The notes beneath the pieces were generated by a model. That model was given only the letters and a program-made list of their open reading frames with translations, was not told the origin of the DNA and searched no databases. The translations under genes and the position numbers were made by a program. This document shows positions 52,370 through 64,000 of a stretch of 64,000 bases of DNA, in pieces. The stretch is from Lama glama (Eukaryota): contig CM052817.1 of NCBI GenBank assembly GCA_028534125.1, positions 89,158,001 to 89,222,000 on the forward strand. Reading direction: 5' to 3'. Numbering within the stretch: the first letter of the stretch is position 1; the number at the start of each line of letters is the position of its first letter.

Positions 52370-52600
52370 TCCTGCTGTAGGAACCACATGGAGAACATGT
52401 TAAGTGTCCCAATCAGCTGATCCAGTTTACTGCCAGACATGTGTGTGGCTACCTTAGATCATGCAGCACAAGTCAATTCATCAGATGGCGGCAGCTGCAA
52501 GCAAGATGAGCAAAAAATCTTCCAAGCTGAGCCCAGTCCAAATTAGAGTATCATGAATAGATAAATGCATACAAATCTAGTGTTAAATACCATTATGTCA
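52370..52600 (+). mobile_element. MaLR LTR fragment (MLT1G/H-like)
   Basis: CCACATGGAG, CTGCCAGACATGTG, CCAAGCTGAGCCCAGTCCAAATT. Confidence 0.6.
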
Positions 52601-52779
52601 CATACAGTCTTCCTTGTGGCTAACTTACCAAAAGGATATTGGATCTTATGAAATTTTAGTTTTATGATGAGTAGCAAGTTCTGTTCCTAAAGAACATTTC
52701 TGCTTTTGGACTATTGGTTTTTTCACTGGAAATTGTTAATCAGTGCTATTGCTAATTGAAATACGAGGGACATGGAAAA

Positions 52780-53196
52780 GAGCACAATCTTTTGCCAGCA
52801 GTGTCCTGCTGGCTCTGCCAGTGGGGGTCCCCAGTGCAGTGTCAGAGGGCTGGAGCAAGGACAACTGTATTCTACTTCTCAGCCCTTCACTGGGTGCCGT
52901 ATTGGGCTCCTGCACCACCTTGGTTCACACCTGCAGTGACAGCAAGAGAAACCATGATGCTCTTGCAGCAGCCAAGAGCATCGTAGATGCAGATGGCTGG
53001 GCCTCCTGAGACAGCAGTAAGGCCTTCTTTCCTGTATTTTCTGGTCTTTGGATAAGACTGCCCTGGGCCCTTTCTTAACCCTTGTATCTTTTCTGACAGT
53101 TTTGTCATCCAACTCATGGCATTGAATTTCTGTGAATGAAATGTCAAGTGAGTTCATAGGGTTCTGGGTTCTCCTGACCAGTTCCTGGCAGATACT
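52780..53196 (+). mobile_element. ERVL LTR (LTR40/41/50 group)
   Basis: CTTTTGCCAGCAG...GGCTCTGCCAGTGGGGGTCCCCAG...GAGGGCTGGAGCAAGG near the start and GTTCTCCTGACCAGTTCCTGGCAGATAC at the end match the ERVL LTR pattern. Locally GC-richer. Confidence 0.55.
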
Positions 53197-53569
53197 TTGT
53201 AAATATCCCCTGAAAATCCAGTTTGAGGAAAGTTCCCTGTCCAACCTTGATGGTAGAGACATGCTTTCTGAACACAGCTGTTTTAATATAATTTTTGGCA
53301 ACACTGTACAGACTCATAATCTGACAAATTTGTTGAACAGAAACCCACCTGGGGTTTCTGGGGAGAGTAATATAGTAGATTGATATATTAGATATATTAG
53401 AAGGAAGTGCTCCCCTGGCTTCAACTTCCACCCAGTTATCCCATTTCTAGAACAACATGAGTTCCTTTTGTTTTTAACTCAAATAATGATAAAGTGTTAT
53501 GGTGGGAACAAAACAAATAGCTATGCATTTTCTCAATGCTTCAAATTCTCTACCTAAATAGAGAACTTT

Positions 53570-53870
53570 TAGACATCAAATCTCCTCCACTTGCCTATTT
53601 CACTTGTTCCCTCAAAACCTACTCAATCACTTTTCATCAGGGAAGTCTTCCTTCCCTGACCTTTCTGATTAGGTGTACACTCCCACCGAAACATTGCACA
53701 GAACCATGGGTCTTCTCTTTCTACTAGATGTGATGTAATTTTGTAGTTATTTGTATTATTATTGGATCCAAAGCTGTTCCCACAACTTACCTGTAAGTTT
53801 CACGACTACAAGGCCATCAATTTGGTCATTTTTGTTACTTCTATTCTCACCATGAAATCTCTCAGCTAAT
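53570..53870 (+). mobile_element. L2 3' fragment
   Basis: CTCAATCACTTTTCATCAGGGAAGTCTTCCTTCCCTGAC and CTGTAAGTTTCACGA. Confidence 0.5.
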
Positions 53871-53989
53871 TGTCAGTTTGAATTCTAGCTCTATTTTCTG
53901 TTTATTCTTTCCACCTTGGGAAGTTATTCCATCTCTGTGCTTCTGTATCCTAATTCACTGAGTAGCTATGTTACTTTATGCAGATATAT

Positions 53990-54225
53990 ATAATTTTGCT
54001 AAGTCTCAATTTAGTCCTTTATTAGCAATGTAACATTGGGCAGAACTTAAATCCTCTTTAGTTGTCATTGTAATAAGAATGAGATACAGTGCACAACATC
54101 CTAAATCAACTATACTTCAATTTTAAAAAAAAGAATAGGATACAGTATTATTTGGAGGATAAAAATGCATATGAAGTGCTTATTATAGTGCCTTGCACTT
54201 GATAAGTACTCAGTAAGGTTACATT
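53990..54225 (+). mobile_element. MIR containing a 40-bp L1 insertion
   Basis: GCAATGTAACATTGGGCAGAACTTAAATCCTCT...TGAAGTGCTTATTATAGTGCCTTGCACTTGATAAGTACTCAGTAA. Confidence 0.65.
54091..54130 (+). mobile_element. Extremely 5'-truncated L1 (40 bp) with 16-bp TSD
   Basis: GCACAACATCCTAAATCAACTATACTTCAATTTTAAAAAA matches the L1 termini at 47400-47432 and 10390-10412. TSD AAGAATGAGATACAGT (54075-54090) / AAGAATAGGATACAGT (54131-54146). Confidence 0.85.
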
Positions 54226-54584
54226 TTTCTTTTTTTAATGGAGGTAATAATCTAATATGATTGCTGTAATAATTACATTTTATATAATATCCTTTATGTA
54301 ATTTATATTACCTATAACAGGTGAACAATGCGTTAAAATTGTAGTTTGTGTGATAGGAGCAGTCTTTATTGTAGGGGACTGTCTATTGTTAGGTAGAAAT
54401 TCATTCATTGGAGAGGATGTCAGACAAAACTCTATTTCTGGTTTTGCCACTAAGCATCACCAATTAGCAATGGAGTAATTGTGACAGAGGCATTAATTAT
54501 AACAATAGAAACTGTTCATGGAATGTCCACCTCGTGCAAAAGACTGTCGAAAGTAACTCCAAGTGGTGAGTTAACTAGACAAGA

Positions 54585-54790
54585 TACTGAGTTCATAGCA
54601 GACCACATACTAATATTTTAGCCTTGGAAAATATTTAACCACGCCTAAGACTCTTTTGCTTCACTAATAAAATGAGATAATAGCAATACTTATGGCATTA
54701 GGTAGTTATGAAATTAAAGAGGTAATTTACACTTAGTTTCCAGCATAGTGTTTGACCTATTGTAGACCCTCAGTGTGTGTTAGTACTTGC
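54585..54790 (+). mobile_element. MIR
   Basis: CCTTGGAAAATATTTAACC...ATAAAATGAGATAATAGCAATAC...AGCATAGTGTTTGAC. Confidence 0.65.
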
Positions 54791-57700
54791 TGTTGGTGCT
54801 GGCATGTTTCTGTATCACGCCTGACTTGAGAGCATCCTAAGGTTCTTCCCCCACTTGACCTATGTAACCACCTTCTCCACACTTCTCTGGGATGTACGCT
54901 TTCACCTAAAGGTAATTTTTTTTCATTGCCCTCTTAACATGTCATCCAGTTTCCATGTAAGTCTGCCTGCACGGAGGTACAGAGGCTTTGGTGCTGCATG
55001 AAAAAGATCCACGAAGGGGCAGTGGCCCTCCTCCCAGTCTGATTCTTTCCCATGTCCTTCTGCCCAGTGCTCAGATCAGTTCCATCTTCTGAAGTAAGCC
55101 TCTCTGTCTATGTCAACCTATTTTGATACATAGCAATATTAACCCCTCATTGCCTTGGGATTTTAAAAATAAGTATAGGGTCTGGTCTGTACAAGATTGT
55201 TAGCAAATTTAACTTAAAGAGAGCGATTTTGCCAAAGCCTTTTTTTCTTATCAAATGTGTCCTGAAAATTGTGATATTTTTCCCGGTAAAATATCTATGA
55301 AAACTTGTGCTCACTGTGACCATCATAGCCTCCAAATATTAACTCTTTGACTGGAGTTTATTTTAACTTATAAAATATTTACATTTGTGCATCTTTCTGC
55401 ATCTTGCAAGTGGAAGTTCCCCTGAACTGTGTAATAGCCTGGCTCAATCCCCTGACTATGCGGCTGATCGGGAAATTAAGAATTAAAGGAACTGCAGTGG
55501 GAGTTACAACGTCCACTTTAAGTCCAAGCTAACACAAGGTTTGCTGCCAGGCACAGGTAGAATGAAAAAAAAAAAAATACCCCATTTCGCCCAATTTTCC
55601 TCAGGCTGATTTAGTTTTCTTACCAACTTTTGAAGTCTGGAGAAGCATACATCAGTGAAAACTCCTTCATCAAGTAAAGAACAGAATGAAAAGTGGAATT
55701 CTATTGCTACATTTAAATAGAGTATCATCTTGTTACAATAATGAGAAATTTTCATAGACGAGGCCTCATCTCTGTGAGCAGCAAACTCATCTGTTTGATT
55801 TGCAAATATTATTCTTTCTAATGGGAAAGATTTGAACAAGGTAATTTTAGGCAACAAGACACTTTAGCTATCTTTGTCTAAATTTAAATGTAAATGAAAG
55901 CTCAGCAATCACTCCTTTCAATCTAGTCTTTTTCATTGTTATTAATCTATTTTGTCAACAGTGTTTTATAGACTAAATCAGTGGTGCTTTTTAAAAATAA
56001 TATTGTTAAGTAAAGGATCTATTTTATTTCTTATCTCTCTGATTACATAATGTAAGCCACTTTTGAAAGCTTAACAGAAAATAACAAAGGCTTGTCTAGG
56101 CCAAGATAGGGGAACTAATTCAATTGTAATAAAAAGGATTTAAGCCCACACCATAAGAGTTCTTGCTTTTATTGATTATTTTTCAAGCCTTCTGGAGATT
56201 GAAATCAGAAGACTTTAATGCCGGATTACAGACACAGCTAGTAATCTTAGAAAACTTGTCAATTCAATAATGTTCATATGAATTAGAATATTTTAGTAAA
56301 TATCATTAAAACATTAAAAGTCTAACCTCTGGCAAATGAAAACTGGCAAAGTCTAGTGGATCCGTAAAAAGAAAATATTTTGCAAATCACATTATTTAGA
56401 CAAATGCAGCTGTTGTACCAGAAATTTAAGTCTATGTGAAAATAAATATTTTGGTCTTCAGAAAACAAGATGATCAGTTGCAGAAATCTCTCCTCTGCTA
56501 CACTGCTTCTACTAGTCTTATACGTCAAAGTCCACTATAACCCAGCAACCAACTGAACAACAGCAAACTGCTACTCTTCAACCAAGAACAGGTTGAGGTT
56601 ATTGATTTAGAAAAGTTTAAATAGAAATAGCGGGATGCTTACCATTGTTGTTACAAGTATGCCTCTGGTTATGTCACCATTCTGTCCAAAACCTTACAGT
56701 TGCTGTTACTAACATAACCATAGTCAGACACCTTTGTAAAAAATAATGTGATATAAACTAGGATTGCCTTTTTTCACCCGTTTTTTCCCCCAGGAAAAGC
56801 ATGTATAGGGCATGGGAAAGCTTGCAGGGAAGTGAGACTGACCTTTCCACCCTTGTGAGGTTTTATTTGCTCTGGTGCTTCGAGAGGAAAGGAGCAGAGA
56901 ATACGTTGAAAGATCCTGGCTTGTGCCTTCTGGACATTTTAGGGATGCAAAAGACTCGGAAAAGTCTGACTTCCCTGTGAAAATTCCAAAGGCACAACAA
57001 TGGCTTTAGCTGCCTCTGATGTCTGGATGAAGAAGGAGGCATGGAGGAGCCAGCTACACTCACCGAGGTGCTGGGGAAAGGGCTCAGTCCTGCTGATCAT
57101 GTGTGGACCTAACAGAAAGAGGCTAGGACTCAATTCCTTTTGGAAAGAACTGTGGTCAAGAGGCCAGATTGGAAGGGCAAAGTTACCTAGACAGAAAGAT
57201 TCAGCATGGGTGGGCCCCTGGGAAGTCCAGGACTGATAGAGTTATAAGTTGCTAGTTAGTGGAGATGTGACCTAAACAGGAAAGCGCAGAGGAGAGATGA
57301 GTGAAGTCCTTAGAGAACACTCACATGAAATAACTGAATGTAAGTGGAGTAATTCAGCATCATCAACCATGTAAGACATGTCCGACTATCCATCTATCCT
57401 CTCATATTCAAAATCCTAGAGAAGCAAGAAGTACACAGAATGGTGGGGTTTGGGGGAGAAGAGAAGGCAGAATTAAGGAGCAAGAGTAAAACAAATACAA
57501 AAAACAGCCGACTAATAAAAAATAAAAAATCACTGGACCATATTTACGCCCCCTCTCCCCCCTTTCTCATTGCAGGCTTTTGAGATTATGGAAATAAGGC
57601 AGAAGTTCGAGTTTGCATCAGACAGTATGGTGTGTTTAGATATGACCACATTCCATTGTTTGGAAAAGAAAAGCAAAAAACCTGAAGTAATTAGACTATC

Positions 57701-58148
57701 TAATAAGAAATGAAAGTGCCTTGGGATTTGTTTGATAAATCTCCAGGACAGAGTGGTTAAAAGGAGGTGCTTTAAAGATGCAACTGCTTTTTGCTTCATA
57801 TCCTACAAGTCTAGTTTGTTCACTAAAATAGTTACCTGGAATTCTTTTGATTTTGACATTCTGAACTAAGTGTGCCCTTCACTAAGTCTCAAACTATGTA
57901 TGCATCTTCTGATAGTATGCCACACTGTAAGAAAAAAAAAAAAGCTTTGATGGGTGTTTAGCCCATAACTGGCCCTCAATTGATACTACTTATTACTTTA
58001 TATTTCAGTTACAGTACCCATAGTGTGTGTGTGTTTCAATAAATATTTGGAATATAAATTAATTTTGAAATGGATAACATGGTATGTGCTCATACATAAA
58101 GATTATGTAGATTAGATCATTTCTTCCCTGCTGGTAGGCAACACTGGA

Positions 58149-58282
58149 TATATACCAGATACATGTGTGTGTACATGCATCACATACATACATAGATACA
58201 TATGCACACATATATACATACCTGTATGAATGCCTGTGTATATGTATGTGTGTATATATACATATATAGGTGTGTGTATGTA
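58149..58282. repeat. Degenerate alternating purine-pyrimidine (CA/TA/TG) simple repeat
   Basis: ACATGTGTGTGTACATGCATCACATACATACATAGATACATATGCACACATATATACATA...GTATGTGTGTATATATACATATATAGGTGTGTGTATG. Confidence 0.8.
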
Positions 58283-58449
58283 GTCTCTTTGACTATTTTA
58301 TTCATTTATTTATCAAATACAGACTCAATTAATGTAGTGTATAATTTCTTGATGTCTAAGTTTTCATTTTGCAGAAACCTTGTGATGATCTGTGGCTCTT
58401 TTAGCTTCCATATGTATATTAGAATTAGTTGGCCAAGCACAATAATAAC

Positions 58450-58920
58450 AATGAATCAGTTTTTTCCCCAAGGATCTCTGGTTCCTTTCAGTGGAGAATA
58501 CATATACAAACCAAGAAAAGGGATGCTTAATACTACTGGAGTGTCATTGCACCAAAGCTTTCTCAGTGTACAGAGCTTGGAAACATGAAATCTGTGTAGA
58601 CACATACATGTGCATCCTTTTCTATTTTAATCTCTGTCTGTATACTGATCAAAACCTCTGAGTTCAGAGTATCTCAAACACCACAGGGTGCACTTAAGCC
58701 ATCACCCCCCCTTCTTTATTTGTAACTACTTTCCCTGACAGGTTCTCTGACAGTAAAAAACTGGATTTCATTATCTACAATATATTTACTGATTTGCCCA
58801 GTCTGAGAATACCAATAAAGCAGTGTCAGAATTGTTATCCTAAAACTCTGTGAAAAACAAATCTACTAAATAGAGTACAAACTGGCAGATAATTATTTTT
58901 CCTTTAGTATTTTTTACTTA
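58450..58920 (-). mobile_element. L1MC-type 3'UTR fragment
   Basis: AATCAGTTTTTCCCCAAGGATCTCTGGTTCCTTTCAGTGGAGAAT and TTTGTAACTACTTTCCCTGACAG. Antisense counterpart of the 36100-36400 sequence. Confidence 0.7.
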
Positions 58921-61900
58921 TAGTATATTCAGTATTATATATATTCAACGCCTTCTTACATCTCTTCCTTTCTTACATGAAAGGTAGCCTACTAAGGATA
59001 TTCTTTTGCACAAAAATGCATTTTCAACCAAATTACCTGAAAAAGAGAAAGTCGAGTGCAGCAGAGTTTGAGTCTGGCAGTTTTAAAGTAACGCAAAATT
59101 TTTAAACTCTAAAACTTCAAACTAAAGACATTAAACATTAAAGTTGGGGTCTGGTTTTTATTCTCATTGTTTGTTGTGGTAGAGGACTATCTGATTAAAT
59201 TAACCATGGAAATCACAAAGTTATGCTTTTCCAGGATGGAGAAGACATCTTATAGGCAGCATATAAGGAAAATACTATTTGAAAATGTATATCTAACCTT
59301 TACATTACAATTATCTTAACTGTTTAATAGGTGATTAAAAAGAATTTAAGGTACCTATTGGACATGTTGATAGGGAAAACACTTGTTCTACAGTACTTGC
59401 AGTAGACCACACAATTCATGCTAAATCATTGTGTTGATGCAGCTATTCTAGGGGAAAATTAAAGTCCTAATAGTAATACAGAATGGAATATAGAAGTCGA
59501 ACCCACCAAAACTTAGCAAATATTTTCATGCATTTTACATAAGGATTTCCATCTTCCAGAATTCTTTTTCAACGTTTATTTATAAACCACCATCTCTATG
59601 CCAGTATGTTTCTATAAATATATAAATGTATTAATAAAAGAAAGAAGGAGATGAGAAAACCATTTCATTATTTTCTGCAAAACAAAACAAATACCAGTTT
59701 GGTACAATACCACTTCTAGTCAATTCATTCTTAGGTTTTATGAAACTGACTAAAGTCTCACAGCGAATGGAGGTGTTTTCTTTCTAAAAATATGACTTTC
59801 TCTAGGGACCTCTCTCATCCTTTCACAAAGCGTTTCTCCACGTTTGCACCACACGCACTCCAATCACTAAAAATCTACATTATGCATGCTCTGCAGTTTG
59901 ATCCCAAATTGGATCTACCTATATCACTGAAGTAACATGAATATATTTAGTTTTTCACCTGAAATGAAAAGTTGTCAGATCAGTTCTTTCTCTCTGATTC
60001 TGCCTTTGACTGTGGCATTATTACAAATTGCCCTGAGGCATATCTTTTCTTTTAATGCGATGTCTCAAATGCAAACGTTCAGCGGTAGTTATTGTTCAAC
60101 GTTACATAACCAAAAAGAAATGCCACCTAGTTATTAAACTGTCAGAACAGTAAAAGTGAATACATTGTAACAAACTTCATCCTATATAAAGTCATAGCCA
60201 CTGTCAGCTTCTTCAGAAAAGACCTCATGATGTGCATGGAGGGAAGTAAAGACCAAACCTGAGTAGAAATTTCCTGTCTTCAGAGATTTTTAACTATGTC
60301 ATGAAAAGTAACCGTATCTCTGGTTCCACAAAATTAGTAAGGATGTAGAATTTCATTTGTACTGACCATCCTTTTGTTACTTAATATGTGACTTAAGGGG
60401 ATATTTCCAACTATTAAAATATAGTTCCTTGTAGGGTAGCTCTCTTAACATTCAGTCACCATCTGATACTGAATTTCAATTTGAAATCACCCTAGATATT
60501 TACTTGTGAATACTTTGGATTTAGCTTCATATACCTTTCTCAATCACAAGAGAAGCTTATTTTTTATATAAAAGAAATATTACAATGCTCTTTTTTATTA
60601 CCTCTGTGACCACATAATTGAGCCATATCATCTTTAATTATATGACAAGTTGTTTTATAGATTGTGTAAAAATATAAGCTTTCATCACATTTCCTCTTAA
60701 GACAAAGATAGCAAAAGGTTTCACGTATTAACTCAAACGGAATTTTAGTGAGTTAAATTAATATAACGTGCTATTGACCTTACATTGCAAACCAAACAGA
60801 ATATTAAATACTATAAAAGGAAAAACTTTGAGATGTTTATAAAATCCTAAATTAATGTTGCAAATTACATGGCTGTTCAAATCAAAAGTGGCATGGCATC
60901 GAGTGACCGAAATGACTATTCTTTCAGAAATAAATAGAGAGAAGTATAAAACTGGGCTTCCCACGGCAAACTATCTTGCAGTCTTGGAGCCACCTCCTAT
61001 ACTTTGGATGCAGAACAACCAATGGAGATTGGTCAGCAGATGCTAGAGTAACAGACGTATTTTCACTCCCCGTAACCATCTGAGGGGACCACCGAAGTTG
61101 AGAATTGAATTTCAGTTCCAACTAATATATTTCAACTATTCTAATCAATCTATCACCAATAATCTCAGCTAATTTCTACAATAGGTTCTAGTCTTTATTT
61201 CTGCCCAGCAAGAGAACTGTGGATCTCAAACTGTCATTTGCTTATCAGAAGCAACAGGTAGCAATACTCATTGCTTGCACTGGTTGGTGAGATATTAACA
61301 GCCCATAGTTTCCTTAGTACAGAATGACTTGATTGACAATGGTTCTTATCCTCTTATCCTGAAAGTTATTTTAATAATGGGACAATATTTGGCAGGTTTC
61401 TGTTACATAATCGACTTCCAGATATAAAAGCAGGTTGTTGAACATGTCAGTCTGCATGTATAACTATTCTATGTGTTATCATCAAGTAATAATTCTGTTA
61501 AGATATAATCTAAAAAATAAAATTGCACTTTGATATTTTCACATGGACGTATAATTCCTTCCATTCTTTGTTATGATTGGGAAGGAACCTAGACTATCTA
61601 CACTTCAGAATGAGGGGGAAAGAGTAAGCCTTTAGTACTTCCCTAATCCTGATTTTCTGACTTAAAATGAAAATGGCTCATATAGATGAAAGAGAATGCC
61701 AGACAAAACACAAAATATCAAGAGGGAGGTGTATCTGAAACTTCCTTCTAAATAGCGTGTCCTATTGCGTACCCTTCCAAGTGTACACTTGTTAGTGAGA
61801 AGCTGTTACTACACTAGTCTACTCAACACGTAGTAGCTCTTAACTTCATTGTCACAGACCAGATGTGCTTGTACCCCCACAACCAGAAAAAATGGGTCAG

Positions 61901-62424
61901 GGGAGAAAATTAAACATCAAAAGTGGATTCAGTTGTTTATTAGTTTTGTTTTTGTTATTTCATTGCCATGTTCCTCTGTTAATAAATAGGATGCTCAGTT
62001 TTCTCTTTTCTTTACGTATATTTTCTTACATATATTTTCCCTAAATTAAATCTCATTTAGGGAAAATGCAACAAATTGTTTTTTTTGAAGATTGTTTCCA
62101 TTGCTTAGCACAAATAATATTTGTGAGGTGGTGCTCCAGGGAATGAAGGAGACAGAGGATTTTGACTGGGTGGAAACTTTCAGCACCTCATTGAGAGAAA
62201 TTTTGTGTAGACAGATACCTTTATGTGTTCCAAAGTATGTGAGGAGTTGTCAATGGATACAAGGTCAAGTAGATTTAGGAATCTCTCAGTTATTAAGTAA
62301 ACAAGTTTCTATCATTGACATCTTCTTAGAGCTTTAAAGAAACAAATTTGAGCACAAATGAGAGGATAGCAAGACAAAAAATGTAGAGAAACAAATGAGG
62401 AATGTTTTATAAGTGAAGTGAAAC

Positions 62425-62605
62425 GATAAGGTCAGGATTTAAATCTGTTGAACAGCAGATTACCTTGGATGAAAGTCTTAATTTCTCTAGCCCTATTGCC
62501 CAATTAATTTAAAAAACCCAAAATTTATACCTACCTTTCAGGGGTTTTGTGAGATTTATCAAAATATTAGAAAAAAAGTAAATATAATTTATGAGCATTA
62601 ATAAT
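62425..62605 (+). mobile_element. MIR fragment
   Basis: ACCTTGGATGAAAGTCTTAATTTCTCTAG...TACCTACCTTTCAGGGGTTTTGTGAGATTTA. Confidence 0.6.
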
Positions 62606-63014
62606 AACAATAAACCTAATCTTCCGTGTATATTATTAAACTTAATACTAGCAAAACAAATCTGTAGATATTGTTTTCTACTCTAATAGAATCTTAAGGA
62701 AGGTAAACATAATTTTTCTTTTTATTTTTTCCATTGTATAGTATATCCTAGTGTCTAAAAGTATATATGAGTCGGAACTCAATAATTTTCTTAATGAAGC
62801 GAATGACAAAGTGAGAAAACACTATTAAATTCTATGCGGTTTGATTCCAGAATCTCTGATCTCATTCACAGTATGCTGTAGATTTCAGCAAAAAGTGTAG
62901 TTATTTTTGTTTTTGTTTTTATTTTTCCTTTGAGGATATACAGCTTTTAAAATCAGAAATTTTACACAATTAAACAAATGCATTTTATTCTGCTTCTGTG
63001 AAATTCTTATATTT

Positions 63015-63170
63015 AGTCATTTATTTATCAAACATTTATTGAATGATGACTATGTATGATATACTGAGCTAGAAACTGAAAACTATACAGAAATGAAAGA
63101 CAAAGTTCCTGCTTTCAGCCCTGGTATAAAGGAAAAGAGCAGCATGTAAACAACTACTTATTATCATAGT
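63015..63170 (-). mobile_element. L2 3' end
   Basis: CATTTATTTATCAAACATTTATTGAATGATGACTATGT...AGACAAAGTTCCTGCTTTCA. Confidence 0.6.
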
Positions 63171-63762
63171 TCAAGTGCTCATTTATTGTTTGCTGGATAC
63201 ACTATATTCTTAGCACTGCACTATGAACTGATGAGATAATGAGGAAGAACAGCTAAACATTTTGATGTGGTTTATTAAAAAAAAGAGCAGAAAACTTTGA
63301 GAAAAGAAAAGCACATAATTAAAAGGATCATAAGCAGCAAGTTCAAAAAATGGGTTGGTCATTTCTGAAACCACCTGTATGTGTAGCATGAAAAGAAAAT
63401 AGAAAGCTGCTTGTGCCTACAATTACTGATCATCTGTGAAGTGCATGGCATGTAGTGAGACCTTAAAAATATTGTTTTAATCAGTGAATGATGGATGCTA
63501 TAAATAATTACTTGTAAGGAGCTGGAAGTGGAAGGGATTTAGTTTGGGAAAATATTTTTTAATCTTCATTTTGCATCCTTTTTAATTTGGGAAAAAAGGT
63601 TACTTCCAAAAGCCATTATCAGTTAATGGTTCTACAATTATTGGAATGTTATAATCAGAATAATTAATCCTGAGTTGACCAAATTTGATATAAAATGGTG
63701 TATAATATGTGCATTCCCTTTTCTAAAAACAAAACAAAACAAAAACTCAGGAATACTTGCGG

Positions 63763-64000
63763 TAGGTCACACAGTAGGCCACCAAAAAAGTCTCAATAAA
63801 TTTAAGAGGATGAAAAGTACATCAAGCATTTTTCTGACCACAATGGTATGAAACTAAAAATCAATTACAGAAAGAAAAACTGGAAAAGAACAAACACTTG
63901 GAGACTGAACAACACACTACTAAAAAATCCAGTGGGTCAATGAAGAAATCAAAGAGGAAATCAGAAAATACCTTGAAACAAAAGAAAATGGAAACACAGA
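63763..64000 (+). mobile_element. L1 ORF2 fragment (end of endonuclease domain), runs off the window
   Basis: Translates with frameshifts to GHQKSLNKFKR...SDHNGMKLKINYRKK...TNTWRLNNTLLKN...WVNEEIKEEIRKYLETKENGNT. Confidence 0.92.

Noticed and set aside
52736..53431. Cluster of overlapping ORFs on both strands (up to 141 aa) suggesting a gene or processed pseudogene
   Set aside because: No recognisable protein, poly(A) tail or TSD. Most of it coincides with a GC-richer ERVL-type LTR (52780-53196), which lowers stop-codon frequency.
56760..57300. GC-richer purine-rich block, possibly an ancient Gypsy/ERVL-type LTR or promoter (similar blocks at ~15440-15900 and ~4540-4767)
   Set aside because: Termini and family could not be established by eye, and CpG density is too low for a CpG-island promoter; left uncalled.
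58202..58588. 128-aa ORF
   Set aside because: Built from a dinucleotide simple repeat plus antisense L1 3'UTR.
1..64000. CRISPR array, operon, phage/defence system or horizontally acquired prokaryotic DNA
   Set aside because: No regularly spaced repeats, no long ORFs and no compositional island. Mammalian repeats are interspersed throughout the window.

Overview
AT-rich mammalian nuclear DNA, intergenic or deep-intronic. It is most likely from a camelid (alpaca/camel lineage), judged from a Vic-1-type tRNA-derived SINE, a Tigger2a_Art-type MITE, artiodactyl-type L1 3' ends and the absence of Alu, BovB, Bov-tA or PRE1. I find no credible protein-coding gene, RNA gene or prokaryotic system; the ORF track is explained by decayed L1 ORF2, LTRs and chance. 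Much of the window is fossil mobile DNA: L1 of several ages, L2, MIR, about seven ERV1-type solo LTRs, MaLR/ERVL LTRs and hAT/Tc1-mariner MITEs, often nested. The best leads are: (i) a CpG-retaining MLT1E LTR with a TATA box and a new splice donor, a possible LTR-driven promoter; (ii) a MER41-like LTR with tandem GAS-like motifs; (iii) two young L1 copies both rearranged at the same quasi-palindrome; (iv) scattered + strand micro-exon candidates; (v) repeat-free, homeobox/SOX-motif-rich blocks that look like enhancers. Repeat family names come from recognition of consensus-like sequence and need RepeatMasker/Dfam confirmation. No novel biological system can be demonstrated from the sequence alone.
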